Shown here piece after piece: positions 16,996-25,279 of a DNA stretch of 64,000 nucleotides (position 1 is the first letter of the stretch; each line of letters opens with the position of its first letter). The notes under the pieces were generated by a model. That model had not been told where the DNA came from. It saw nothing but the letters and a program-made list of their open reading frames with translations, and did no database searches. The translations under genes were made by a program, and so were the position numbers. Origin of the DNA: Acidimicrobiales bacterium (GTDB lineage Bacteria > Actinomycetota > Acidimicrobiia > Acidimicrobiales > Aldehydirespiratoraceae); contig JBMTIM010000006.1 in the NCBI GenBank assembly GCA_049437325.1, positions 3,453 through 67,452 on the forward strand, read 5' to 3'.

Positions 16996-18033
16996 ATGAC
17001 GAAACGGCTCACCGAGTTCAGTCATGGCGCTGGTTGAGGCTGCAAGCTCGCCCCGGGCGAGTTGGCGCAGGTCGTGCGCCGCCTCACTCCTCCGGATGCT
17101 CCGGACCTGCTCGTCGGCGCGGCGAGTGGCGACGACGCAGCGGTGTACCGCCTCTCGCCCGAGCGCGCCCTGGTGGTCACCGCCGACTTCATCACGCCGG
17201 TGGTCGACGACGCCAGGGCATGGGGTCGGGTGGCTGCCGCCAACGCAGTGTCCGACGTCTACGCCATGGGGGGCACGCCCCTGCTCGCCATCAACCTCGT
17301 GTGTTGGAACACCGAGGAACTTTCCAACGAACTTCTCGGAGATGTTCTTCTCGGCGGCCAAGACGTCGCCGATGCGTGTGGATTTCTTGTCGCCGGTGGC
17401 CACACCGTCGACGACCCAGAACCCAAATACGGCATGGCCGTGGTCGGCGAGGTCCATCCCGACCGTCTGCTCACCAACGCCGGGCTCGTCGCCGGTCAAT
17501 CGTTGATCCTGACGAAGCCACTGGGCATCGGCATCATCACCACGGCACAGAAGCGCAACGTGGTCGACGACGCAACCATTGCTGCTGCGATCGATTCCAT
17601 GAGCCGAACCAATGCCGAAGCCGCCGCACGCGCGGTTGCCGCCGGTGCCACCGGTGCCACCGATGTGACCGGTTTCGGACTCCTGGGGCACGCCGGACGG
17701 ATGGCCCAGGAATCGGAGGTGTCGCTCCGGATCGATGTCGGGTCGGTACCGGTGATCGACGGTGCCCGCGAGCTCGCAGCGGACGGCGTCGTACCTGGGG
17801 GCACGGGTCGCAACCTGGCATGGATCCTCGACACCGTCGAGATCGGCGAGGGTGTCACCGACCTCGACGTGACGATCCTCGGCGATGCGCAGACCAGCGG
17901 CGGTCTGCTGTTCGGGGTCGATCCTTCCCGCGCCGAAGGCGTCGTTGCCGAGCTGGAAGCAAGCGGTCACGTCGCAGCATGTATCGGAACCGTGACCGCC
18001 GGCAACGGGACCATGTTCCTAACTCGAGGCTGA
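16996..18033 (+). CDS. selD: selenide, water dikinase with in-frame UGA (selenocysteine) at 17035..17037
   Basis: ATG at 16996 gives MTKRLTEFSHGAG-[TGA]-GCKLAPGELAQVV. This aligns with the E. coli SelD N-terminus SHGAGCGCK, where that position is Cys17. The frame continues into the 17062..18033 ORF (DDAAVY..., AMGG, PurM-like fold). Confidence 0.85.
17042..17066 (+). promoter_or_regulatory. candidate SECIS hairpin for the selD UGA
   Basis: GCAAGCUCGCC-CCG-GGCGAGUUGGC forms a stem of 10 pairs in 11 positions, with one A/G mismatch. The stem starts 4 nt after the UGA and the apical loop lies about 15 nt downstream. Confidence 0.5.
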
Positions 18034-18089
18034 CACCGCACCCTGATCGGTGTGGGCGTGCGTGTGCGGACGGCAGCGTCAGTGCACGA

Positions 18090-18500
18090 TCAGCAGCAGT
18101 CTGCGCAGATTCCCCGATACACGAGCTCGGTCGACGTGATCGTCATGTCGCGGTGCTCGCCAGCCGGCAGGGCCGGCGCTTCGATGCCGAACGCGACATC
18201 GAAGACCGAACCACACCCGTCACACACGAGATGATGGTGAACCGGGGCAACGTTCGGGTCGTAGCGCTTCGACCGGCCATCGAGCGAGAGTTCGCGAAGC
18301 TCGCCCAATGCGGTGAGCTGTTGGAGCGTCGAATACACCGTGGCTCGGCTGATCTCGGGTAGCAGCACCCGCGCCTTGTCGAGCACCTCGTCGGCGGAAA
18401 GATGCACGTTTCGCCCCTCGAGGACCTGCGCGATCACGCGGCGTTGCGCCGTCAGGCGATAGCCGCGTGCTTGCAGGCGCTCGAGCAGCGGTGTGTCCAT
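18090..18500 (-). CDS. Fur family transcriptional regulator
   Basis: RLTAQRRVIAQVL winged helix, and HHHLVCDGCG...CADCC metal sites. The start is taken at MDTPLL (18500). The track ORF starts at a GTG at 18521. Confidence 0.85.
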   Translation of the reverse strand: MDTPLLERLQARGYRLTAQRRVIAQVLEGRNVHLSADEVLDKARVLLPEISRATVYSTLQQLTALGELRELSLDGRSKRYDPNVAPVHHHLVCDGCGSVFDVAFGIEAPALPAGEHRDMTITSTELVYRGICADCC

Positions 18501-18505
18501 GCCCT

Positions 18506-18520
18506 TGATCGTACCGATCA
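18506..18520. promoter_or_regulatory. palindrome TGATCG-TAC-CGATCA immediately upstream of the fur-family gene start
   Basis: Perfect 6-3-6 inverted repeat, read directly from the sequence. An operator function is inferred only. Confidence 0.3.
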
Positions 18521-18567
18521 CGATTTGGCAGGGCCAACACCCCCAGTGCCTGGCCTAGGGTTCCCCC

Positions 18568-19581
18568 ATGCGTGTTGCGATCACCGGAGCCACCGGCTTC
18601 ATCGGAGGTCACATCACGAGTCAGGCAATCCGATCTGGGCACGATGTTGTTGCCCTCATCCGCTCCCCGGCCAAATTGGCGGCATCGATGGCCTCACTCG
18701 ACGTCGAGATGCCCGACTACGTGGTGGGTGACATGACCGACAAGGCCTCGGTCGCTTCCCTGGTCGGCGGGGTCGATGCCGTCGTGCACGCCGCCGCGAT
18801 CGTGTCGCTCGCCCCCCGAGACGCGCAACGCGTGGTCGACCAGAACACGCTCGGTACCCAGTTGGTGCTTTCCGCCGCTGCCAATGCCGGACTCGATCCG
18901 ATCGTGCACCTTTCGAGCACGAGTGCGCTGTTCGAGCCCGGTGGAGAACCGATCCGAACCGACACCCCTCCGACGACGGCAACCTTCCCGTACGCACGGG
19001 CGAAAGCGCAGGCCGAGGCCATCGCCCGTGAGCTGCAGGCCGATGGTCGCAACGTTGCGATCGTCTACCCCGGCGGGGTGATCGGTCCACCGGCCGGCGA
19101 TGCCTTCGGCGAAGCCGGAACCGGCATCACCGGGTTCATCGCACCAGCACTGATGCCGACCCGACACGCCACCATGTCGTTCATCGATGTCAGAGATCTT
19201 GCCGCCCTCGTCGTCGCGCTGCTCGAGCCGAACCGAGGTGCGCGTCGCTTCGTGGCCACCGGTACGCACTGCGACATGACCGACCTCGCCGCCGTCTGCT
19301 CGACGCTCACCGGACGCACGTTTCGGGTGCCCCCGGTTCCCGCCGCAATGTTGCGCGGCTCGGGCATCGTGATGGATCGCATCCGCAGGGTCATCCCGTT
19401 TTCGTCCCCCCTCACCGAAGAGGGCATGACAACGATCACGCGTTGGACTGGTGCACATGACACCGACCTGACGCCCTTGGGCATCACGCTGCGACCGCTC
19501 GAGGTCACAATGGCCGACACGATGCGAGCCCTGCGCGACCGAGGGCACCTCAAAGACAGACACATCGGGCAGCTCGCCTGA
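18568..19581 (+). CDS. NAD-dependent epimerase/dehydratase family protein
   Basis: N-terminal Rossmann motif MRVAITGATGFIGGHI and extended-SDR length. Confidence 0.85.
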   Translation: MRVAITGATGFIGGHITSQAIRSGHDVVALIRSPAKLAASMASLDVEMPDYVVGDMTDKASVASLVGGVDAVVHAAAIVSLAPRDAQRVVDQNTLGTQLVLSAAANAGLDPIVHLSSTSALFEPGGEPIRTDTPPTTATFPYARAKAQAEAIARELQADGRNVAIVYPGGVIGPPAGDAFGEAGTGITGFIAPALMPTRHATMSFIDVRDLAALVVALLEPNRGARRFVATGTHCDMTDLAAVCSTLTGRTFRVPPVPAAMLRGSGIVMDRIRRVIPFSSPLTEEGMTTITRWTGAHDTDLTPLGITLRPLEVTMADTMRALRDRGHLKDRHIGQLA

Positions 19582-19597
19582 TCGACCGGGAGATCTC

Positions 19598-20371
19598 ATG
19601 GACCGCGACAAACTCGACTCGTTGCACGATTTGACCGGCCGAGTCGCCATCGTCACCGGTGGCACCCGAGGGATCGGCAGGGCGATCGCCGAAGGGTTCG
19701 GTCTCGCAGGCGCAACGATCGCCGTTGCCAGCCGGAAAGCCGACGCATGCGACGCCATGGTTGCGCACCTGGAGTCCATGGCGATCGACGCCATCGGCGT
19801 CCCGACGCACATGGCCGACCTCGATGACATCGACAACCTCGTCGCCCGAACCGTCGAGACCTACGGTGGTATCGACATCATCGTCAACGGTGCCGCCAAC
19901 GCACTGGCGCTCCCACTCGGGCATCTGACCGAGGAGGCATGGGCCAAGTCACTCGACACGAACGTTCGCGGCCCCGCATTCCTGGTCGAGAAGGCCCTAC
20001 CCCACCTCGAGGCTTCCGATCATGCTGCGGTGCTCAACATCATCTCGGTTGCTGCATTCGTGTTCAACCCGCACGGCGCGATGTATGCAGCGGGAAAGTC
20101 TGCGCTGCTGTCGATGACCCGTTCGATGGGAGCCGCGTTCGCAGAGAAGGGCATCCGGGTCAACGCGCTTGCGCCGGGGACGGTCATGACCGACATGGTG
20201 ATGAACAACACCCCCGAACGGGTCGAAGCGATGCAACGCGCCAACTACATGAACCGAGGTGCCGACCCCGACGAGATGGTCGGGCCTGCGCTCCTCCTGT
20301 GCTCCGATGCCGGCAGCTTCATCACCGGTCAGGTGATCACCGCCGATGGCGGACTCGCGCCACCGCGGTAG
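19598..20371 (+). CDS. SDR family oxidoreductase (FabG-like)
   Basis: VTGGTRGIGRAIA cofactor motif, the catalytic YAAGK, and PGTVMTDM. Confidence 0.9.
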   Translation: MDRDKLDSLHDLTGRVAIVTGGTRGIGRAIAEGFGLAGATIAVASRKADACDAMVAHLESMAIDAIGVPTHMADLDDIDNLVARTVETYGGIDIIVNGAANALALPLGHLTEEAWAKSLDTNVRGPAFLVEKALPHLEASDHAAVLNIISVAAFVFNPHGAMYAAGKSALLSMTRSMGAAFAEKGIRVNALAPGTVMTDMVMNNTPERVEAMQRANYMNRGADPDEMVGPALLLCSDAGSFITGQVITADGGLAPPR

Positions 20372-20380
20372 ACGTCGAGA

Positions 20381-20962
20381 TCAGTCGCCGAGCGAGTTCT
20401 TCGTCTGGGCAGTGATCCTGCGGATCAGCGGCTCGAAATGCTCGAGCGGAAACGTTTCGGCGTCCGGATCGAAGGCCTGCTGATCCCAGTCGTCGGTGAA
20501 CGTGGCGCACAACTGCCACCAAGGCTCCGACGAGTCGTATTTGGTGTGGCGCAAGTCGGTCGGTGCACCGAAGTGACCGTAGTAGTGCATGCCCTGGAAG
20601 GCTTGATGATTCCTGATCGCCAGATACACGTCCTCGCGAACGTACGGCTGAATCATCTCGGCCGAGATGGCCCCATGATTCGGAACCGAGATCGCCTTGC
20701 CGACATCGTGCATCAGCGCGCCGAAGATCATCTCGTCGTCGGCGCCCGCCTTCTCGGCCATGGTCGCGGTTTGCAGACAGTGGGTCAGTTGATCGGTGAT
20801 GAATCCGTCGCTGATCTCCGCCAGCGACTCGAGCAGCATGATCAGACGGTCGGCCACCCGCCCCTGGTTGGCAAAGGTGCGCTCACCGATATGGGCCCAC
20901 TGCTCGGCGGTGGACTCGTCCATTCGGGTGAAGCTCGCTGGGTTCGAATCGGTGACGGCCAT
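20381..20962 (-). CDS. HD domain protein, PhnZ/MIOX-like (putative diiron oxygenase family)
   Basis: ITDQLTHCLQTATMAEKAGADDEMIFGALMHDVGK has H..Q then HD exactly 24 residues later, followed by further His (NHG, RNHQ). The family assignment is from motif memory, not a search. Confidence 0.7.
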   Translation of the reverse strand: MAVTDSNPASFTRMDESTAEQWAHIGERTFANQGRVADRLIMLLESLAEISDGFITDQLTHCLQTATMAEKAGADDEMIFGALMHDVGKAISVPNHGAISAEMIQPYVREDVYLAIRNHQAFQGMHYYGHFGAPTDLRHTKYDSSEPWWQLCATFTDDWDQQAFDPDAETFPLEHFEPLIRRITAQTKNSLGD

Positions 20963-20996
20963 GCTTGGAGCGTAGTGGCCGTTCTAGGGTTCGGGC

Positions 20997-22142
20997 ATGA
21001 CGAGTTGTGACGTGGTGGTCGTTGGAGGCGGTATCGCCGGCGTATCGGCGGCAGCCCGGTTGGCTGCCGACGGCGCATCGGTCGTGCTTCTCGAAGCCGA
21101 GCCGACGCTCGCCTACCACACGACCGGCCGATCAGCGGCCCAGTACCTGGAGAACTACGGCAACGACACGGTCCGGCGACTCACGCTCGCCACCCGCGCC
21201 TTCCTCGAACCGTTTCTCGGGCCTCGGCCCTTGCTCCAAATCGGTCGCGAAGCCCGCGTCGACGACCTCCGGGCCCGCGTCGAGCACGCCGTCGAACTCG
21301 TACCGTCGACCGAGTTCGTCGACGGCGACACCGCCCGCGCGATCTTTCCCCTCCTCGCCCCCGACATCGCCGGAGGCCTGTACGAGCCCGACTCGCAAGA
21401 CATCGACGTCGCTGGTCTCCATCAGGAGTACGTGCGTTGGTTTCGCTCCGCCGGTGGAACGATCCTCGCCTCGTCACGAGTGGGGGCGCTGACACGGTCC
21501 GGTGGCCGTTGGCGGATCGAGGCTGGTGAGCACGGCCTCGAAACGGACATCGTCGTCAACGCAGCAGGAGCCTGGGGTGACCACCTCGCTGTCCTCGCCG
21601 GCGCGGAACCGCTCGGGCTTCATCCGCTCCGGCGCACCATCGCGATTGCCGCGATCCCTGATCGTCACGATCCGAACGACGTGAGCCGATGGCCGCTCAC
21701 ATCGTTCGAGCCGGACGAGGGCCCGATGGTCGGCTACTGCAAACCCGAGCCCGGTGGCCTCATGGTCTCGCCGGCCGACGAGACCCCGTCAGAACCATGC
21801 GATGCCAAACCCGAGGAGATCGATGTTGCCCTCGGTCTGCACAATCTGGGCGAGTACACGACGCTCGACGTGCATCACGTGCGTTCGACGTGGGCCGGGC
21901 TGCGAACCTTCACCGCCGACCGGACTCCGGTGAGTGGCTTCGATCCGGCCGTCGACGGGTTCTACTGGCTCGTCGGCCAGGGCGGATACGGGATCCACAC
22001 CTCCGACGCGCTCGCTCGGGCTGCAGCAGCCAACATCGGTGGGAGTGCATGGCCAACCCATCTGGCCGACGTCGGCCTTGTTGCGGCCGACCTTGCGGCC
22101 GATCGCCCCACGCTTGCCGGCCCGCTCGTCGAAGGCCACTGA
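20997..22142 (+). CDS. FAD-dependent oxidoreductase (DAO family)
   Basis: N-terminal dinucleotide fold CDVVVVGGGIAGVSAAARLA and the C-terminal GQGGYGI motif. Confidence 0.88.
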   Translation: MTSCDVVVVGGGIAGVSAAARLAADGASVVLLEAEPTLAYHTTGRSAAQYLENYGNDTVRRLTLATRAFLEPFLGPRPLLQIGREARVDDLRARVEHAVELVPSTEFVDGDTARAIFPLLAPDIAGGLYEPDSQDIDVAGLHQEYVRWFRSAGGTILASSRVGALTRSGGRWRIEAGEHGLETDIVVNAAGAWGDHLAVLAGAEPLGLHPLRRTIAIAAIPDRHDPNDVSRWPLTSFEPDEGPMVGYCKPEPGGLMVSPADETPSEPCDAKPEEIDVALGLHNLGEYTTLDVHHVRSTWAGLRTFTADRTPVSGFDPAVDGFYWLVGQGGYGIHTSDALARAAAANIGGSAWPTHLADVGLVAADLAADRPTLAGPLVEGH

Positions 22143-22383
22143 AGCCGCTCAGCGGAACGGCGTCACGAAGTCCGACGAACGCAGGTTGCCGGCAGGACCC
22201 GTCGCCGAGTGGGTCGACCCGACGACGGTTCCCGCCGCAGGCTCGACCGCCACAGGGCCACCTCCTCGGCGTGCTGCTCCCGGCGAGCGGGGCGCCAGCG
22301 CAAGGCGGCGGAACGGACGAGCCTCATCTAGGAGGAACACGTACCGGTGACGGCGCCATGACTGACGCAGCCACCGTGTAAAA

Positions 22384-23283
22384 GTGACAACGAAGAGCAC
22401 GTCGGGAACGGATGCACTGCCGCCAGTGCTCGAGTTCGTGGTAGGCCATGCCCCCATGGAGATCCATCGCCTGACCGGCGCGCTCGGAGCCGAAATCACC
22501 GGTGTCGACCTTGCCGATGCCCTGACTGACGAGACGGTCGCAGAGATTCGGGCGGCCTTCAACGAGCATCACGTGCTGTTCTTTCGCGGCCAGCACTGGA
22601 CGCCAGAGCAGCAGATCGCGTTCGGACAACGTTTTGGCGAGCTCGACACCCACCCGTTTGTCGAGGGCAACGAGGCGTACCCGGAGATCCTCGACGTCGT
22701 CACCGACCCCGACGATGTCGTCAACTTCGGCGGGGGTTGGCACACCGACGTGACCTTCCTCCCCGAGCCCGACCTCGGTTCCATCCTCTATGCCGTCGAG
22801 GTTCCCGAACACGGTGGCGACACCCTCTTCGCCAACCAGCACGCTGCCTACGATGCGATGAGTGACGGGTTCAAAGGCCTCCTCGACGGTCTCCACGCCA
22901 CCCACTCTGCGGGGCAGCAGTATCAGGAGGGCGGCTACTCGACCCGCTCCAAGCAGATGCGCACCAAGAACCCCGAGCTGGCTGCCGAGCATGTCGTCCA
23001 TCCGGTGATCCGTACCCACCCGGAGAACGGACGCAAAGCGTTGTACGTCAACCGGGCGTTCACGACCGGCATCGTCGGTCTGCACCCGCACGAGTCGACC
23101 GCGCTGCTTCGCATCCTCCACGAGCAGACCACCCGTGAGGCCTTCACCTGCCGATTTCGCTGGGAGCCTGGCTCGGTGGCCATGTGGGACAACCGCTCCG
23201 TGCAGCACTACGCGATGTTCGACTACGCCGGGAAGCGGCGACACATGCGCCGCGTGACCATCAAGGGCGACACGCCGGTCTGA
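22384..23283 (+). CDS. TauD/TfdA family Fe(II)/2-oxoglutarate dioxygenase
   Basis: GAEITGVDL, WHTDVTFLPEPDLGSILYAVEVPEHGGDTLFAN (HxD facial triad), WDNRSVQH. The start is uncertain: GTG 22384 or ATG 22456. Confidence 0.9.
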   Translation: MTTKSTSGTDALPPVLEFVVGHAPMEIHRLTGALGAEITGVDLADALTDETVAEIRAAFNEHHVLFFRGQHWTPEQQIAFGQRFGELDTHPFVEGNEAYPEILDVVTDPDDVVNFGGGWHTDVTFLPEPDLGSILYAVEVPEHGGDTLFANQHAAYDAMSDGFKGLLDGLHATHSAGQQYQEGGYSTRSKQMRTKNPELAAEHVVHPVIRTHPENGRKALYVNRAFTTGIVGLHPHESTALLRILHEQTTREAFTCRFRWEPGSVAMWDNRSVQHYAMFDYAGKRRHMRRVTIKGDTPV

Positions 23284-23307
23284 CCGAACGGGTCGCATGA
23301 GAACGCG

Positions 23308-24369
23308 TCACATCAGGTGGCGGGCGATGTCAGCCACCACAGCCTCTTTCTCCTCGATGGGTGGGAGGATGACGAGCTGATCGAGTCCGGCGGCGTCGAG
23401 TTCGGCGATGCGGCCGCGCACCTGGTCCGGGCTTCCGACAATGCAGGACGCGTCGATCAGTGCCGGGGTCACGAACCGTTCCTCCTCGGGGGTGACCCAA
23501 CAGTTGTGACCGAGGTGGGTGCGCAGGTGGCGGCGTTCTTCGGGTATCTCCTCCAGCGCAGCCGCATAGTCGTCCCAGATGTCGGCAACATGCTTCGGCA
23601 CCGGGCGACCGAGCTGGGTGACCTGCTCGTAGGTGTAGTGCAGCCCGGCAATCGCAAATGCGCCGGTCTGCTCTCGGACTCGTGGGCTTTCGAGTGTCTC
23701 TCCCGGCCGGAGCACGCATGTCGTCGTCAGGGTGGAGACCGGAAACGTCTCGCGGTCGATCGACCGACCGGCGTCGGCCGCTGCTGCCGCAAGCCCGGCT
23801 CTGACCCGTTCGATCGCCGCCGGCTGGGGCGGCGCCGACGTGATCAACCCATCTCCGTGCTTGGCCGCCAATCCCATCGCCCGGGGACCGAAGGCCGAAA
23901 CATGAATCGGAATCGGCGGATCGAAACGGACGAAGCCATCGTCGGGCATGACGTGACGCGCCGGTGCAGCACGGCCCCGAAACACGACGTCGGTCTCCTC
24001 CCCCGCCATCAACGCCCGCAGTGTGCCCAGATAGTCGTCGAACTCGGCGATCGGCATCGGCTTGTGACCCATGATCCGCATCGCCGTGTTGCCTGTCCCG
24101 ATCCCACAGAAGACCCGGCCGGGTGCGAGTTCGTTGATCGTGGCGTGGGCGGCTGCGGTGACGACCGCCGGCCGTGTCGGCGCCACCGCCACACCGGTGC
24201 CGATCTGCATCGAGGTTGTTCGCTCGGCTGCGAGCGCGAGCATGGCGTAGACGTCGGACCAGATCATCTGGCTGTCGGCCATCCAGCAATGGGTGAACCC
24301 GAGTCGCTCAGCAGTGACGACGTGACCGAGATCGCGGGGACGAGACGCGAGACAGATACCGAACTCCAT
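23308..24369 (-). CDS. LLM class flavin/F420-dependent oxidoreductase
   Basis: MEFGICL...ERLGFTHCWMADSQMIWSDVYAMLA...GIGTGNTAMRIMG is typical of luciferase-like monooxygenases. The start is taken at MEFGI. Confidence 0.85.
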   Translation of the reverse strand: MEFGICLASRPRDLGHVVTAERLGFTHCWMADSQMIWSDVYAMLALAAERTTSMQIGTGVAVAPTRPAVVTAAAHATINELAPGRVFCGIGTGNTAMRIMGHKPMPIAEFDDYLGTLRALMAGEETDVVFRGRAAPARHVMPDDGFVRFDPPIPIHVSAFGPRAMGLAAKHGDGLITSAPPQPAAIERVRAGLAAAAADAGRSIDRETFPVSTLTTTCVLRPGETLESPRVREQTGAFAIAGLHYTYEQVTQLGRPVPKHVADIWDDYAAALEEIPEERRHLRTHLGHNCWVTPEEERFVTPALIDASCIVGSPDQVRGRIAELDAAGLDQLVILPPIEEKEAVVADIARHLM

Positions 24370-24606
24370 CGCCAGAGCTTCCCACAGCCGGTCAGCTTCC
24401 ATCTCCTGCGTCGTCGGGCCTCCACACCCACGACGGCTTCGTGTGCCTGCGCCACTGCCGATACCGGTCGTCGGTGCGGACCTGCACGTACGTCTCCTGA
24501 CGACAGCGCGAGCGACTGCTACGGTCGGCGTCGTGAGACGCAGCGTGCTGGCGTTGGAGACGGCTCAGCGGTCCTCACAATGACAACGTTCCCAAGGAGC
24601 TATCAC

Positions 24607-24954
24607 GTGAAAAAAGCAATCATCACTGCGGCGCTCACCGCCGTCTCCCTCATCGCCCTGTCGTCGGTCGCGGCAGCAGCGCCACCCCACGATGTCTTCG
24701 AGGACAACAACAACACGTGGGCCTGCGAAGCTGAAGCTAACCCTGACCTGCCGCCGGACCACTGCATCAACACGCGTTCGAGTGGCACTGTCGGTTTGAT
24801 CATGGTGCTCGACGACGACCCGCGTTGGCCCGCCGAGAGTGTCAGCGGCGATCCCAAGTTCGCCAGTCGGCCTTGTCCCCACGATCCCAACGCTGACGGC
24901 ACGTGGTACCAGCCGGAGCTTGGAGCGCCCTGGGTCTGTCACCACAAGCCCTGA
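24607..24954 (+). CDS. small secreted Cys-containing protein (unknown function)
   Basis: GTG at 24607 lies 7 nt after AAGGAG. The signal peptide is VKKAIITAALTAVSLIALSSVAAAAP. The mature part has four Cys and coding-like codon bias. Confidence 0.55.
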   Translation: MKKAIITAALTAVSLIALSSVAAAAPPHDVFEDNNNTWACEAEANPDLPPDHCINTRSSGTVGLIMVLDDDPRWPAESVSGDPKFASRPCPHDPNADGTWYQPELGAPWVCHHKP

Positions 24955-25038
24955 GCCACCGCTGAGTCACAACCAACCGCCCCGATCGCATCGAGGGCGG
25001 AGCAGCGAACCTGACGGCCGGTGACCATGGGTCGAGCA

Positions 25039-25081
25039 GACTGCACTGGTTGGTTCTCTCTCAGAGCCAACCGGTGCAGTC
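25039..25081 (+). terminator. 15-bp stem hairpin downstream of the small secreted protein gene
   Basis: GACTGCACTGGTTGG-N13-CCAACCGGTGCAGTC. The single non-Watson-Crick position is G-U on the plus strand but C-A on the minus strand. There is no U tract. Confidence 0.4.
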
Positions 25082-25116
25082 TCGTGCCGTCCAAGCTGCG
25101 ACATCGCAGAAGCTGG

Positions 25117-25154
25117 TGAAAACGGCGAGAATCCCTGCCGGAGCAGGGATTCTC
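25117..25154 (-). terminator. intrinsic terminator downstream of tRNA-Pro
   Basis: GAGAATCCCTGC-NNNN-GCAGGGATTCTC is a perfect 12-bp stem. On the minus strand it is followed by GCCGUUUUC. Confidence 0.6.
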
Positions 25155-25159
25155 AGGGG

Positions 25160-25234
25160 TCGGGCTGAGAGGATTTGAACCTCCGACCTTCGGTCCCCCA
25201 GACCGACGCGCTAACCAAGCTGCGCCACAGCCCG
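25160..25234 (-). tRNA. tRNA-Pro (anticodon GGG)
   Basis: The reverse complement folds as a cloverleaf: acceptor CGGGCTG/CAGCCCG, D arm GCGC..GCGC, anticodon stem TCGGT/ACCGA with loop CTGGGGG, and T arm GGAGGTTCAAATCCTC. Confidence 0.9.
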
Positions 25235-25279
25235 TAAGGAGGTGAGGCTACCGGACGGCTCGGTTGGCTGACACCCCAC

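Noticed and set aside
16372-17037. 221-aa plus-strand ORF ending at the TGA at 17037.
   Set aside because: All but its last 13 codons are antisense to the NMO gene and look like a shadow ORF. Only the segment from the ATG at 16996 is used, as the N-terminus of selD.
24955-25279. tRNA-Pro, and tRNA-Ala at 48946..49018, as integration sites of a genomic island or prophage.
   Set aside because: There is no integrase, no direct repeat of a tRNA 3' end, no phage or transposase genes, and no compositional shift in the flanks.
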